Shown: positions 37,308 through 47,717, counted from the whole stretch's first letter. The stretch is DNA of 63,187 nucleotides, filler included, from Licmophora abbreviata (GCA_900291995.1; 4 parts of 4 records of this genome joined end to end with filler, not necessarily neighbours in it); one strand, 5' to 3'. Numbers and translations are program-made. Notes: generated from the letters alone by a model not told the origin.

Positions 37308-37620
37308 AGAAACCACGTATATATTGAGTGCAGCACATGCACCCTGTTTTTACGCTACTTAACTTTGCTCTGCTGTGTGAGTTAGATACGTCGTAGTTGC
37401 CTTTCATAGCTCTGAGGACGACCTAACTTATGGCTTGACGACTGATAACCCCGCGATGTCGGCATCAATTTTGCATCTCCGGGTCGGTTTCGAAATCATT
37501 TGACGCGCAAAAAACGAGTGTGTGGATGCGAGACGCGATGATGATGACTGGACGCCAATTCCAAAACGACGACGGCAGCCGTCTTACATGGAAAGAGCCG
37601 TCGGGGAAAGGAGGACTGCA

Positions 37621-39090
37621 ATGGACGATCAGAAGCCCAAACATGCGACTGATTCAAGCTCGAATGGAAAATCGAGCAAGAGGAAACGCAAAGCTCCACA
37701 AAAGGGTGAAGAAGGGTACCTTACCCCGACACAGCTCCGCAACGCGCGGAAGCGTCGAGCCAAGAAGAAGAAGAAGAAAGGTCGGACACAAGAACACGTT
37801 TCCTCTCAAGACCCATCACAGCTCTACCTCTCGAATCCTCAAGCAGCACCTGTGGTTCAAGCTGCTCGAACGTTCTTTCTGTCGCTGAACAAGCAATTTC
37901 CTGTGACAGTCGGACCATGTCGTGGCTGGAGGACCGTCGCCAAACTAGCAGTGCGTTCTGCCACGGATGGACAGGTTTCGATTGGACTTTTTGCTCCCAA
38001 TTCGCACCAGCTCATTCCAGTTCCACAATGTGTAGCTCATCACCCATCCATCAATGAATCCGTGACTGTATTGGAGAAGCTCTGTAGGCAAGTGAACGTC
38101 ACTCCCTTTGATGAACGTTCCGGTCAGGGCCAACTCCGCTTTGTGTCTGTTAACGTGGAACGGGCGACAGGGAAGGTTCAGCTGACTCTTGTGTGGAACT
38201 TGGAACCTGAAGCTTCAGACGGCGTTCTGGAGTCTTTGTGCCGTGTCATCATTGGCGCAGGTGGTGGCAGGCCTACTCAACGAAAGCGACGGCGAGGACG
38301 AACAGGCGACACGACCGAGACTTCCTCTATTTCCGCCACCGCTGGAGAGAAACCTCTTCCCGGACAAGCGAAACTCTCGTTGCATTCCTTATGGGTGCAT
38401 TACAACGCGTCTTCGAAACACTCGAATGCCATCTTTTCCATCGACGGTGGCAACGAGAGTTGGGTGCTACGATATGGACCGACTTGCATCGTCGAATGGT
38501 TGGACTTGCGAGCGGCGGGTCAGAAGGACAGTGTACCACTGCAATTTCCTCCAAATGTATTTCGACAGGCAAATCTGGATGCCTTTGCTGGAATTGTGGC
38601 TCGTATACGCCAGTATCTGAGAGACTTTCGGCTAGCCCAGCCAACGTGTGTCGAGTTATACGGTGGCGTGGGGACTATTGGATTGAACATGGCAGACGTG
38701 GTGTCATCCCTCGTGTCCTCGGACGAGAATCCATTTAATCTTGAAAGCTTTACAAATTCTGCCCTTCAATTGCCGGAAACCCTGCAGAAACGACTGTCCT
38801 ATGAGCCCAAGAATGCAAGCGACATTGTGCACCGTGGGGTTCTGGACGATGCTCAATTAGTAATTGTGGATCCGCCTCGCAAGGGGCTTGATTCGGATGT
38901 ATTGAAGGCGCTCTGTGAATCGAACACCCCTCAGCTCTTGATCTATGTCAGTTGTGGATTTGACGCCTTCCAACGTGACTGCAACGCTCTTCTTCACGCG
39001 CAGAATTGGGTGCTCGGCGACGTAGAGGGACACATTCTGTTTCCCGGAAGCGATGCGATTGAAACTCTTGCGTTCTTTGTAAGAAACTAG
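37621..39090 (+). CDS. RNA (uracil-5-)-methyltransferase, TrmA/RlmD family
   Basis: FRQAN, ELYGGVGTIGL, VDPPRKGL, IYVSC, LFPGSDAIETL; start uncertain (ATG 37588 or 37621). Confidence 0.85.
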   Translation: MDDQKPKHATDSSSNGKSSKRKRKAPQKGEEGYLTPTQLRNARKRRAKKKKKKGRTQEHVSSQDPSQLYLSNPQAAPVVQAARTFFLSLNKQFPVTVGPCRGWRTVAKLAVRSATDGQVSIGLFAPNSHQLIPVPQCVAHHPSINESVTVLEKLCRQVNVTPFDERSGQGQLRFVSVNVERATGKVQLTLVWNLEPEASDGVLESLCRVIIGAGGGRPTQRKRRRGRTGDTTETSSISATAGEKPLPGQAKLSLHSLWVHYNASSKHSNAIFSIDGGNESWVLRYGPTCIVEWLDLRAAGQKDSVPLQFPPNVFRQANLDAFAGIVARIRQYLRDFRLAQPTCVELYGGVGTIGLNMADVVSSLVSSDENPFNLESFTNSALQLPETLQKRLSYEPKNASDIVHRGVLDDAQLVIVDPPRKGLDSDVLKALCESNTPQLLIYVSCGFDAFQRDCNALLHAQNWVLGDVEGHILFPGSDAIETLAFFVRN

Positions 39091-39121
39091 TATCTATACA
39101 ATTGTGTTACTACACCATTGT

Positions 39122-39529
39122 TCATTGACTCGCGCTGACAACGCTACGGAGCATTTCTCTAAGTTGCCCCGTGTTTGCTAGTTCCTGAATGCCCGAGTTC
39201 CCTCCAGGGATATGCTTGCCGCCGATGAAGATGTTAGGAACAGTGCGTTGTCCCGTCTGCTTGAGTAATTCCATTTGAATGAATGCACCATCCTCTTGAT
39301 CGAGAAGGTCAAGATCCATAACATCAACCTGTACTCCAGTTGCGCTTTGCATGGACTTCAAAAGCGAGCGAGTCATCTTGCAGTGCGGGCAGTAGCTCTT
39401 GGCGAACACCATGACCTGATTGCGGTCAATCTGACTGTGTACAAATTTGGCAACATCTTCCCCTGACGACAGTCTTTCTGCGAAACATCCAATAACCAAA
39501 AGAAACAATAAAAGGAAAGAACGAGCCAT
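39122..39529 (-). CDS. Dithiol glutaredoxin with signal peptide
   Basis: KSYCPHC, TGQRTVPNIFIGG; hydrophobic N-terminus MARSFLLLFLLVIGCFA. Confidence 0.9.
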   Translation of the reverse strand: MARSFLLLFLLVIGCFAERLSSGEDVAKFVHSQIDRNQVMVFAKSYCPHCKMTRSLLKSMQSATGVQVDVMDLDLLDQEDGAFIQMELLKQTGQRTVPNIFIGGKHIPGGNSGIQELANTGQLREMLRSVVSASQ

Positions 39530-39798
39530 GGCTAGATGGGAGAGGTGTGCAAGACGTCGGGTGAGAGACGACTGCTTGTGTCATGGCGCCGCCGCCGCTG
39601 AGTCCAAAATTGAAGACCTCTCGTCGTCGCGAAGGTTATCGTGTCCAGCCAATGTCGCGTCCAATAAGCAGAGAATGTCGCCGCCGACTCATCAACCACT
39701 ATACATGTATCCGCCCGCCCCAACCCTCGTCACTAACATTGTGTTTACGAACCGATATCCCCGGTCTATGTACCTGTACTATGGGATTCGTCTTTTGT

Positions 39799-41319
39799 TT
39801 AGCTTTCATCCTTGTCGTCTACAAGTACCTCACTTTGTCCCATATCCGTCTTCACGTTCCGACCTGTCGCCTCAGAAAGACTGATCTCGTACAGCATCCG
39901 TTCGAGCTTCTCGACACTTCGGCGAAGCGCGTCCATTTTCTTCCCAATGTTTCCTGGCAAGCGTATCATTGACTGTAGGGCGTTCATGATGGATCCATTG
40001 GTAGACAAGCATAGCTTGACACCGTCCGTGTCTCGAGCTGTTCCTCGCTGAACGGCGTATCGACCAACCTCACCAGTGAGATCGCACAATCCACCAAGAT
40101 ACTCGGCGTGCTCCAAAGGAATCGCCATAAAGTCCTCTGGCAAGAGCAATTCACCGCTGGGCGATTCCATCCTATCCTCTTTTCCATACAGCCATGCGTA
40201 AAACATCTTCGCCTCGGCGTACTCCTCCAGCACGTTGCTGAAACTGCCCATCCGGAGCGGAGGTTCTTCCTGGACTATCGGCCACAAGTCTTTCGTGATG
40301 CACGTCTCGCATTGCTGAATAAGCTGAATCGCTTTCTCTCGATCACCTCGATGCAACGCGAAGATGGACTGCTTGGCTGCTTTTTGTCCGTCGCGACACT
40401 TTTTGATGAGCGTTTCGCGCAGCTCCTCACGATGCTCCATGCGCTCTCGCAACGCCAACAGCTCCTGCTTGGGAAGGAGGCCTTCCAAACGCAATCGCTT
40501 CATATCTGGCTCTTGGCCTTCTTCACTTTCCAGTTCCAGCTGACTTCCCGTTACACTAAGTTCGTACAGCAACGTTTCGAGTGACTTCAGCGCATATTTC
40601 GTTCCATCATACTTGCGTCTCAGAGGTCCATTGCGAAAGTCGAATTGCAGCAGTTCATTCATGATTTCTTGGACTAAATCACGTGCCATTGCCACACTTG
40701 TAACGTCTCGGTCTGTCGCACGTCCCATGCCGTAGTGCGCCAAATCCGCCGCGACGCCCATGCACGCGCCTCCCAAGTACTCTTCGTCGGTCGCAAACGG
40801 ACAGTCCGACGGGGACAACAAACGGCCAGTCTGCAAAAAGTAATCGTAGGCTACCAATCGAACATAGTCTTCTGATCTACTAGATAAGTTCGCTTCGCGC
40901 GGCTTTCGGTCGGCCTCGGCGGGGAGAGAAGCTTGAATCAATTGAGCGAGCTCGCCTATGGCTGCGTTGGCCACCGTCTCGTCGTCGTTGGCCACAGAGG
41001 AACGTGCTTTGATCGCTGCAGTCTGGAGTTTCCGAGAAAGGTCATAGGCATCCTGACGAGTCTGTTCAGCCTGCACGACGTCTTCACTGAATGTTGCCAA
41101 GTCCAAGTCCACCGAGCGGTGGTACTTCAAGGGACGACTGGGTAATATCATGCTGTTGCTTGTCATCATGCGAGCCGTGGAGATGGCACTTGTAGAAGTA
41201 GGAGTATCTGATCCAGTCGAAAGGAAGAATGCTATCTTTGCTAACGAATTACGCCGAGTACTTCGAGGAACTAGTGCAGCAGTCGAAATCAATCGAGCAG
41301 CAATCACACAGCGGTGCAT
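39799..41319 (-). CDS. Translin-TRAX fusion protein (two tandem translin-family domains)
   Basis: Domain 1 NGPLRRKYDGTKY...LLYELS (translin-like); domain 2 RETLIKKCRD, IFALHR, EEYAEA, YLGGLCDLTGE (TRAX-like). Confidence 0.85.
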   Translation of the reverse strand: MHRCVIAARLISTAALVPRSTRRNSLAKIAFFLSTGSDTPTSTSAISTARMMTSNSMILPSRPLKYHRSVDLDLATFSEDVVQAEQTRQDAYDLSRKLQTAAIKARSSVANDDETVANAAIGELAQLIQASLPAEADRKPREANLSSRSEDYVRLVAYDYFLQTGRLLSPSDCPFATDEEYLGGACMGVAADLAHYGMGRATDRDVTSVAMARDLVQEIMNELLQFDFRNGPLRRKYDGTKYALKSLETLLYELSVTGSQLELESEEGQEPDMKRLRLEGLLPKQELLALRERMEHREELRETLIKKCRDGQKAAKQSIFALHRGDREKAIQLIQQCETCITKDLWPIVQEEPPLRMGSFSNVLEEYAEAKMFYAWLYGKEDRMESPSGELLLPEDFMAIPLEHAEYLGGLCDLTGEVGRYAVQRGTARDTDGVKLCLSTNGSIMNALQSMIRLPGNIGKKMDALRRSVEKLERMLYEISLSEATGRNVKTDMGQSEVLVDDKDES

Positions 41320-41656
41320 GCTGCTGTATCGTCTCGTCGCGATTTATGTGGCCGTCATCATGGCGATCTTTTGATCTTTTCCGATCTTTCGAAAGCATGA
41401 TGAGTCGAAAGAGTCAAAGATCCAACACTACGCATCCTACGTGAAATGCGACGTAGAAACTCCCATCCGACAAGTGAAATGAAAGATTTTCAATACTGAA
41501 ATCTACGTTGGGTACGCCCGTAGGAAACGGCGGGAAGTTCTTTGATGTGAGAAAGATGAGAGTAGGTCTGTTCACAAATCGAAATTGGCAATGCAATCAA
41601 CCATGTGACAGCCTGAATCCACTGTTCTCCCTCTATCTCCTTCGTTCTCCGCTAAA

Positions 41657-42301
41657 ATGAGCGACTTCCAATCGGATTGCGTCGTACAGAATACCATGTA
41701 CTGGTGGTATTCCAAATTCGCGGTGCCAAAGCTGTTCCGATACGCCGACGAAGGCCATTGGGATCGAATTCCGAAACGATGCAAGACTCGTCCAAGGGAA
41801 GCTCGCTTTGTTCACCGCTACGTCCCCGGTGACACAGCACTCCATCGTCTCGTGAGAGCGCCCAGGTGCGGTGTGAACGTCATGAGTGATCTGTACGTTC
41901 GTGAGGGGATCAGGCGGATGCGACTGCGCGCTATCGAAGCGCTACTACGAGCAAATCCAAAGTTGGCATCGTCAACTGACAGCTTTGGTCGTACTCCTCT
42001 CCATGTGGCATGTATGGATACGTCGTTTTCGAGCGGCGCAGTGGAACTTCTCTTGACTGTATGTCCATCGACTGCGAGCGTCCAGGACGTCCAGGGAAAG
42101 ACGCCGCTTCATGTCTTGCTAGAATGCGAGAACAGTGTTTCTGTGCCGCCGGCACTCTTGATGCGTTATGTAAGTCTGTGTCCCCAAGTCGTCAAGCTTA
42201 CCGACGCAAATGGAAAGACTCCACTTGAAATCGCTCAAGAGAATGGAAACGCATATTTTTTGAAGGTGCTAAAGCAAGGCGGTTCCATGTTGGCGACTTG
42301 A
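41657..42301 (+). CDS. Short ankyrin-repeat protein (paralogue A)
   Basis: GDTALH, GRTPLHVAC, GKTPLH, GKTPLE. Confidence 0.82.
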   Translation: MSDFQSDCVVQNTMYWWYSKFAVPKLFRYADEGHWDRIPKRCKTRPREARFVHRYVPGDTALHRLVRAPRCGVNVMSDLYVREGIRRMRLRAIEALLRANPKLASSTDSFGRTPLHVACMDTSFSSGAVELLLTVCPSTASVQDVQGKTPLHVLLECENSVSVPPALLMRYVSLCPQVVKLTDANGKTPLEIAQENGNAYFLKVLKQGGSMLAT

Positions 42302-42985
42302 TGGAGATTGGCGATTCTCGTCAGGCTTGACAATACGACCGCGGCACAGATGACTCTGTATGGGAGTATTGAAACAAGAAAGTCGTCTCTGTTTTCTGGC
42401 TATAATTGGATTCGCCAATGTAAGGAGTGAAGTGGGTGAAGCTGATGTCCAGCATACCGGTAGCAATACTACGACGTATCTAGAGCAATGACACCTCTTC
42501 AGCCACCTGTGCCACTTGCATGTAGTTCGGGAAGAATCGGATGGCCTGCGACGGGGTTATGATAATGCCTTGCCTCGTATCCGTCTTTCATTCGCGATTG
42601 ATGGTCATATCGGTGGCAGGCCATACCTGTATTCACATCATCAACTAGCCAGCAACATCACATACCCTATGCGGGTCGGCACCGCCATCATTGTGATGGA
42701 CAAACCAACATCGCATACAAAAACACTGCGCGTATCTTTTGCCGCTACCAACTTTAGTCGTGTGCTTGGGTGAACTTTTCCTTGCCCTCGTTGTGGTTCA
42801 CAACTCACCCCCGGAAGGGGACAAGTTTGACCGAGACATTCACCTATAGAGCGCCCATAAACAGCAAGGTATGCGGCAAGAGGGCGGTGTAGGAGGCCAA
42901 GACTGAAACGCTGTTATAAGTGGCCCAATATATGTAACAGCCAACATAGTAGCGTCTAACGACCAACAACGCACCGCCGCTCATC

Positions 42986-45900
42986 ATGCTCGTCTCTCTA
43001 ACCCTGAAAAATCCAGAAGGACCAAGAATGAAGAGAATCGCATCTTACAGCAACGAGACTCTCTCGTCCCGTCTCTTCTCTCCTGAAAACTCGAATGCTC
43101 ACGGCGGGGATACGCAGAGTCTGGCAAGCGTTAAAGGGCGGGTCTCGTTTGATGAACAGACTCACAGCACATGCGGCACTTCGCGCTGCACCTCGAGCGA
43201 TCATGCCACCTTACCCCCGAATAGATCGAGTTATCAGGGTACTCCTCCTCGACTCCCCCCTGGTGATGAAGACGATAATATGAGCGCTGGAGGCCACATT
43301 GCTGGTGCCGAGGCGATGCCATCCTTGCGTCGCCCGAACTCAGCTCGCCGCCTGAGAATCTTGAGATCTCTCGGTGACGACAGCAGCTGCATCGGCGATG
43401 ATCGAAGTGTAGCGACTCTACAGACCACATCAACAGCATTGTCATTCGACGATCGATATGAGGTTCCCCAGGATTTGCTCATGTTCTTCCAAGCAAGCCC
43501 TTTGGTCTACACCGATACTAGCCACCGCCTACACGCTGTCGAGCAGATAGACTTCGACACTGAGCGAGATACACTAAAGGAGGCAATTGAAGATGCTCCA
43601 GGCCACCAGCGGATTGCGATTGCATTTGAAACAGCAACAGCTGAACTCCTTGGTCGATTTTTGGCCAAGGGCGAAGGTCGAGTTCTGCATTTCTCCTGTC
43701 ATGGTCATTCAAAGTATCTCTTCGTCGAGGACGGTTGGGCGCACGCCCAACCTCTCTTTGGCCACGACCTGCAGAGTTGGATCCAGATGGGTGGTGCGAG
43801 ATTAGAGCTTGTCTTCGTATCGGCGTGTTACTCGCGAACAGTTGGTGAGGCTTTCATAGGGGCGGGAGTCCCTCATGTTGTCTGCTGTCAAAAAGATAGT
43901 CAGCGACTCCATAACGTGGCAGCTGTCGAGTTCGAAAAGGCATTCTACCATGCACTCGCATGCGGTCGGCGCCTTCAACGGGCCTTCGATCTAGCTTGTG
44001 AATCTATCAAGCATTCTCCGCTCATTCCATGGGAAGAGAGACGAGAAGAGGTCAAGAAGTTTACTCTGCTTCCGGAGGGGGCGAACCACGACGTGGATGT
44101 ATTCTTCACGCAGCCCTTGCCCCCCAGATCGACATTTCTGATGAAGCGACCTCCGATTTACCTTGATTTCCCTCCACCGCCTTCTATCTTTATCGGCCGA
44201 GAAGTGGAAATGTATCGTGTTATTGATAGTTTGAAGCACTGTCGCCTTGTGCGCATTGCAGGTCCCGCTGGCGTTGGAACGAACTCTCTCGTCAAGGCAT
44301 GCTGCCGATACATCAGCGTGCGGTGTCACATCTTCCAGTTCACTGAGATTCTTTGGGTGCCAACAAAACACGCGACTGAGCTGTCTACGTGCTTTGCTGA
44401 GCTCTTTGCAGCCTGTCGCGATGAACATGACAGGTCAGGCCTCTTGCTCCCATTCCAAGAAGTTGAAGACTGCACACTCAAAATTGTGAATCACTTTCGA
44501 TCTCGAAAATGCAAATCTTTGCTTGTACTAGATGCCAAGAGGATTGTACTGGCCAGCGGGATGCAAAAACTTGCGTACTTCATTGAGACCTTACTGAAAG
44601 CTACGAAGGGCGTGAAGATACTCGTTCTGCATCGGCCTGGTACGAACATTGCTGGTGCCAAAATGCCTTGTGCGGAAAGTAACATCGAAGTCCCCCCGCT
44701 CGACTTCAAGAATACAGCGGCCCTGTTTGGTCGCTTGTGCCAGCATGTCAAGAATCGCGTGTATTCTACTTTAGGCACAGCGAGCGAGCTATCCCAGCTT
44801 TTGGTTGGAAGTCATGCTGAAGTTGCTCCTGGGGAGCGGATGTCAAAGCGGTTGGCTGACACATACGCAAAGATCGGCAACGGAATTCCAGAGCTTATTA
44901 TGGGGAGGGCAAAGAAAATAAGCAAGGACGAGTTTCGAAGATTAATCGAAACCGCATGTCGTGCGGAGCCGCACCTTCCGACTATCGACAGTAGAGCTGC
45001 TCTAGAAAAGAAATTTCGAGAGCTTAGCGAGGAGATTGCTCGAGCGTGCACAGATCGTCATTTCGAACGAGCGCAAGAGTTTCAAGAAAGTCTCGACGAA
45101 CTGGAGCTCCTTCGAACCGAGTTTCCGGATCTCAGACAGCTGATGACGATGGCTCGCGACGTACGAGCTGACCAGGAGTTTGCTATACAGTCGAAAGACT
45201 TCATGGTGGCAAATGAGCTGCAAAAGGAGCTGACAAGCTTGGAGCTCAAGATCCGGACTGAACGGGACGTGATGCTCGCATATGGCTTGGATCCTATCGA
45301 AGTTGTGAGCAGAGAACGCGATGATACCAAAACAGACGTGGAAGAACGGAGAGAAACAAGGGCGTCCTTGTCGGCAAGCGTTCGCTTGATGGAGGAACAG
45401 TTGGCCCAAGCATGTGATGCCGATAACTATGACAAAGCGAGAGAGGTTGACGCCCAGATCTCCAATCTAAAACGGCAACTTCTGTCCATGCCGGACTGTG
45501 AAACCCTAGCGAACAGAGTTTTTGAAATGAAGACGGAACTGAAACAATTGAAGTACGATAGACGTTGGGACGAAGCCGAAGCACTCCATACGGAGATAAC
45601 GAGGACCGAAAGCATTCTTGCGACGGAGCGCAAGATGGAAGCCGAACTACAAATCAAGGACGAGCAACGAAACGACCCACCTGGCTCGTACGGTACCATT
45701 GAAGGCATTGAAGAGGATTGGGAGCCAGAATCGCGTGTCAGAGGGAGTTTGGACGATCAACAAATGTTACGTTTGCCCCTTCCAAGACGTTCACGGCCGG
45801 CGACGAGCGAAGAGTTCAACGATGACAATTACACAAGAAAGACGCAAATCACTGTCAACGCTAGTCCTGGAGCAACACAACGACAGCCTGGAGCTGTCGC

Positions 45901-46543
45901 GATTTCCGGGTGCAATGCTAGCTTGGACGACGCAGCTAGCTTCTCTTCTGTTGGCGATGCGGCCGATGGCAGCCTTCCAGTTGCGGAACTAGTGAAGACT
46001 TCTCTCGAGGAGCAAGAAGCTTTGTCGCAGAGCATCCAAGATGATGTAGCAAGGCGCGCTCCAGTCCGCCGCATAGGCTCGGCTTCGAATCATTACACAC
46101 TAGCAATGATATCGGGTGCGACGGAAGCTTCAAACGCGGAACCGAGTGACTTGCTCGTTGCCGACAGCACATTAGGGTCGATTTCTCGTCTTTCCCTCGA
46201 ACCCGAATTGGAAGACAATCCGAGAGCAGCAACGGCTTGTACAAGAGGAGAAATAGACACCCAGCAGGCGGCCCCCGGCTACCTTCCAGAGGACCAGGTT
46301 GTGTCGACGCCCGCTCAGGGTACTAGCTTTCCACGCCGAGCCCACGAAGAACCGAACAGAACCGAAGAAAGCGAAGACGATCGTGTTGCTCGCCTAGTGG
46401 AAGAAGCGATGGATGAACGACTTTCCCGCATGCTTGTTTCCGCCGAATCAGTTGAGGTAGAAGGTCCGACAGCCCCGACGAAGAATGGCAGACTTCGAGA
46501 ACTCCTGAAAAGACCATTTTTTCGCAAACGAAGTAAGAAGTGA
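42986..46543 (+). CDS. CHAT (caspase-like) protease domain, degenerate STAND/NB-ARC module, UVR-like coiled-coil repeats and disordered tail
   Basis: FQASPL, VLHFSCHG, LVFVSACYS, AGVPHVV, FY.AL; FIGRE, GPAGVGTNS, LLVLD, VPPLD...LF, GNGIPELI; four A...[FYW]..A..L repeats. Confidence 0.8.
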   Translation: MLVSLTLKNPEGPRMKRIASYSNETLSSRLFSPENSNAHGGDTQSLASVKGRVSFDEQTHSTCGTSRCTSSDHATLPPNRSSYQGTPPRLPPGDEDDNMSAGGHIAGAEAMPSLRRPNSARRLRILRSLGDDSSCIGDDRSVATLQTTSTALSFDDRYEVPQDLLMFFQASPLVYTDTSHRLHAVEQIDFDTERDTLKEAIEDAPGHQRIAIAFETATAELLGRFLAKGEGRVLHFSCHGHSKYLFVEDGWAHAQPLFGHDLQSWIQMGGARLELVFVSACYSRTVGEAFIGAGVPHVVCCQKDSQRLHNVAAVEFEKAFYHALACGRRLQRAFDLACESIKHSPLIPWEERREEVKKFTLLPEGANHDVDVFFTQPLPPRSTFLMKRPPIYLDFPPPPSIFIGREVEMYRVIDSLKHCRLVRIAGPAGVGTNSLVKACCRYISVRCHIFQFTEILWVPTKHATELSTCFAELFAACRDEHDRSGLLLPFQEVEDCTLKIVNHFRSRKCKSLLVLDAKRIVLASGMQKLAYFIETLLKATKGVKILVLHRPGTNIAGAKMPCAESNIEVPPLDFKNTAALFGRLCQHVKNRVYSTLGTASELSQLLVGSHAEVAPGERMSKRLADTYAKIGNGIPELIMGRAKKISKDEFRRLIETACRAEPHLPTIDSRAALEKKFRELSEEIARACTDRHFERAQEFQESLDELELLRTEFPDLRQLMTMARDVRADQEFAIQSKDFMVANELQKELTSLELKIRTERDVMLAYGLDPIEVVSRERDDTKTDVEERRETRASLSASVRLMEEQLAQACDADNYDKAREVDAQISNLKRQLLSMPDCETLANRVFEMKTELKQLKYDRRWDEAEALHTEITRTESILATERKMEAELQIKDEQRNDPPGSYGTIEGIEEDWEPESRVRGSLDDQQMLRLPLPRRSRPATSEEFNDDNYTRKTQITVNASPGATQRQPGAVAISGCNASLDDAASFSSVGDAADGSLPVAELVKTSLEEQEALSQSIQDDVARRAPVRRIGSASNHYTLAMISGATEASNAEPSDLLVADSTLGSISRLSLEPELEDNPRAATACTRGEIDTQQAAPGYLPEDQVVSTPAQGTSFPRRAHEEPNRTEESEDDRVARLVEEAMDERLSRMLVSAESVEVEGPTAPTKNGRLRELLKRPFFRKRSKK

Positions 46544-46789
46544 TGAGTGAATCAAACGCGATACTGTAACGGTAGCCGGAAAGTTTGGCAACGAGAGATT
46601 TCTAGTGCTTGAATTGCTGCTTGGTCGGTCACTGTAGCAGCCTTTCCCAAACCACATACGTTCAAGTTCGTGAGATCGTACGAGGCGCTTCATGTCCATG
46701 ATAATGTCGCCCGGCTTGCGCATGGACGCCTGGCAAAGAGCTCGATTTCGTCAAGGGTAAGGAGCTCGTGATCATCAGTACGCATGCGT

Positions 46790-46889
46790 NNNNNNNNNNN
46801 NNNNNNNNNNNNNNNNNNNNNNNNNNNNNNNNNTTAATTAATTAANNNNNNNNNNNNNNNNNNNNNNNNNNNNNNNNNNNNNNNNNNNN
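46790..46889. other. Artificial assembly spacer (N44-TTAATTAATTAA-N44)
   Basis: Identical 100-bp linker. Confidence 0.97.
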
Positions 46890-47066
46890 TCTCTCGTCGT
46901 CATCCCAGCACCCATTACACACACCGCATCGCCATCAGCAGGGTGTCAGTCGTTTGTGACGCGTTCGTTATCATTGTGCATTAGTCTATTGGACCAGCAC
47001 CGCGCAAGGAGGCTATCAGATTTTAACCCAAACCAAACCCTGACGATATCGAAAGAGTCAGACAAA

Positions 47067-47717
47067 ATGGCAGGACCTGAGAATAATTGCTGCGTTCGAG
47101 AGCAGATAAAATTTGCCCTGTACAAGAAGTTTCGCGAGCCACGCCTTTATTCATTCGCCTCCAAAGGTGAATGGGAGCAGATTCCTCAACGCTGCAAGAC
47201 AAATCCGAGAGAAGCCAAGTTCATTCATCACTACCCTCCTTCAGATACTGCCCTCCACCAGATACTGCGTTTCCCTCGCCTCGATGGGGGAGCGTTCGAC
47301 TGCGAAACCTCACAAGAACTCCAGTTGCTCAAGGTGGACGCGATATGTGCTCTCTTGGAGGCCAATCGGAATGCAGCGTCCACCGTCGACTCGCTGGGTC
47401 GTTCGCCGTTGCATCTGGCCTGTATGGATATTTGTAGCTCCGAAGTGGTGGCTGTTGCACGTGTCGTGGAAGCATGGCCTCGGGCCTGTGCACTGCAGGA
47501 CTTGGAAGGAAGGACCCCACTTCACTATCTCGTGGCGCGAAACGATGACATCCCGATATCCTTTCTCGTCAGGATTGTGAAAGAACACCCAGAAGCGGTG
47601 AACATGACAGATATGGTTGGCGAAACGCCGATTCAGATTCTCGAGTCGCGTGGTGGAGAAGTGAACAGCGTAGGGTCGGTGATGCATGTGCTCAAGACGG
47701 GGGAAGCGCCGACTTAG
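47067..47717 (+). CDS. Short ankyrin-repeat protein (paralogue B of 41657-42301)
   Basis: SDTALH, GRSPLHLAC, GRTPLH, GETP; N-terminus clearly homologous to paralogue A. Confidence 0.82.
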   Translation: MAGPENNCCVREQIKFALYKKFREPRLYSFASKGEWEQIPQRCKTNPREAKFIHHYPPSDTALHQILRFPRLDGGAFDCETSQELQLLKVDAICALLEANRNAASTVDSLGRSPLHLACMDICSSEVVAVARVVEAWPRACALQDLEGRTPLHYLVARNDDIPISFLVRIVKEHPEAVNMTDMVGETPIQILESRGGEVNSVGSVMHVLKTGEAPT

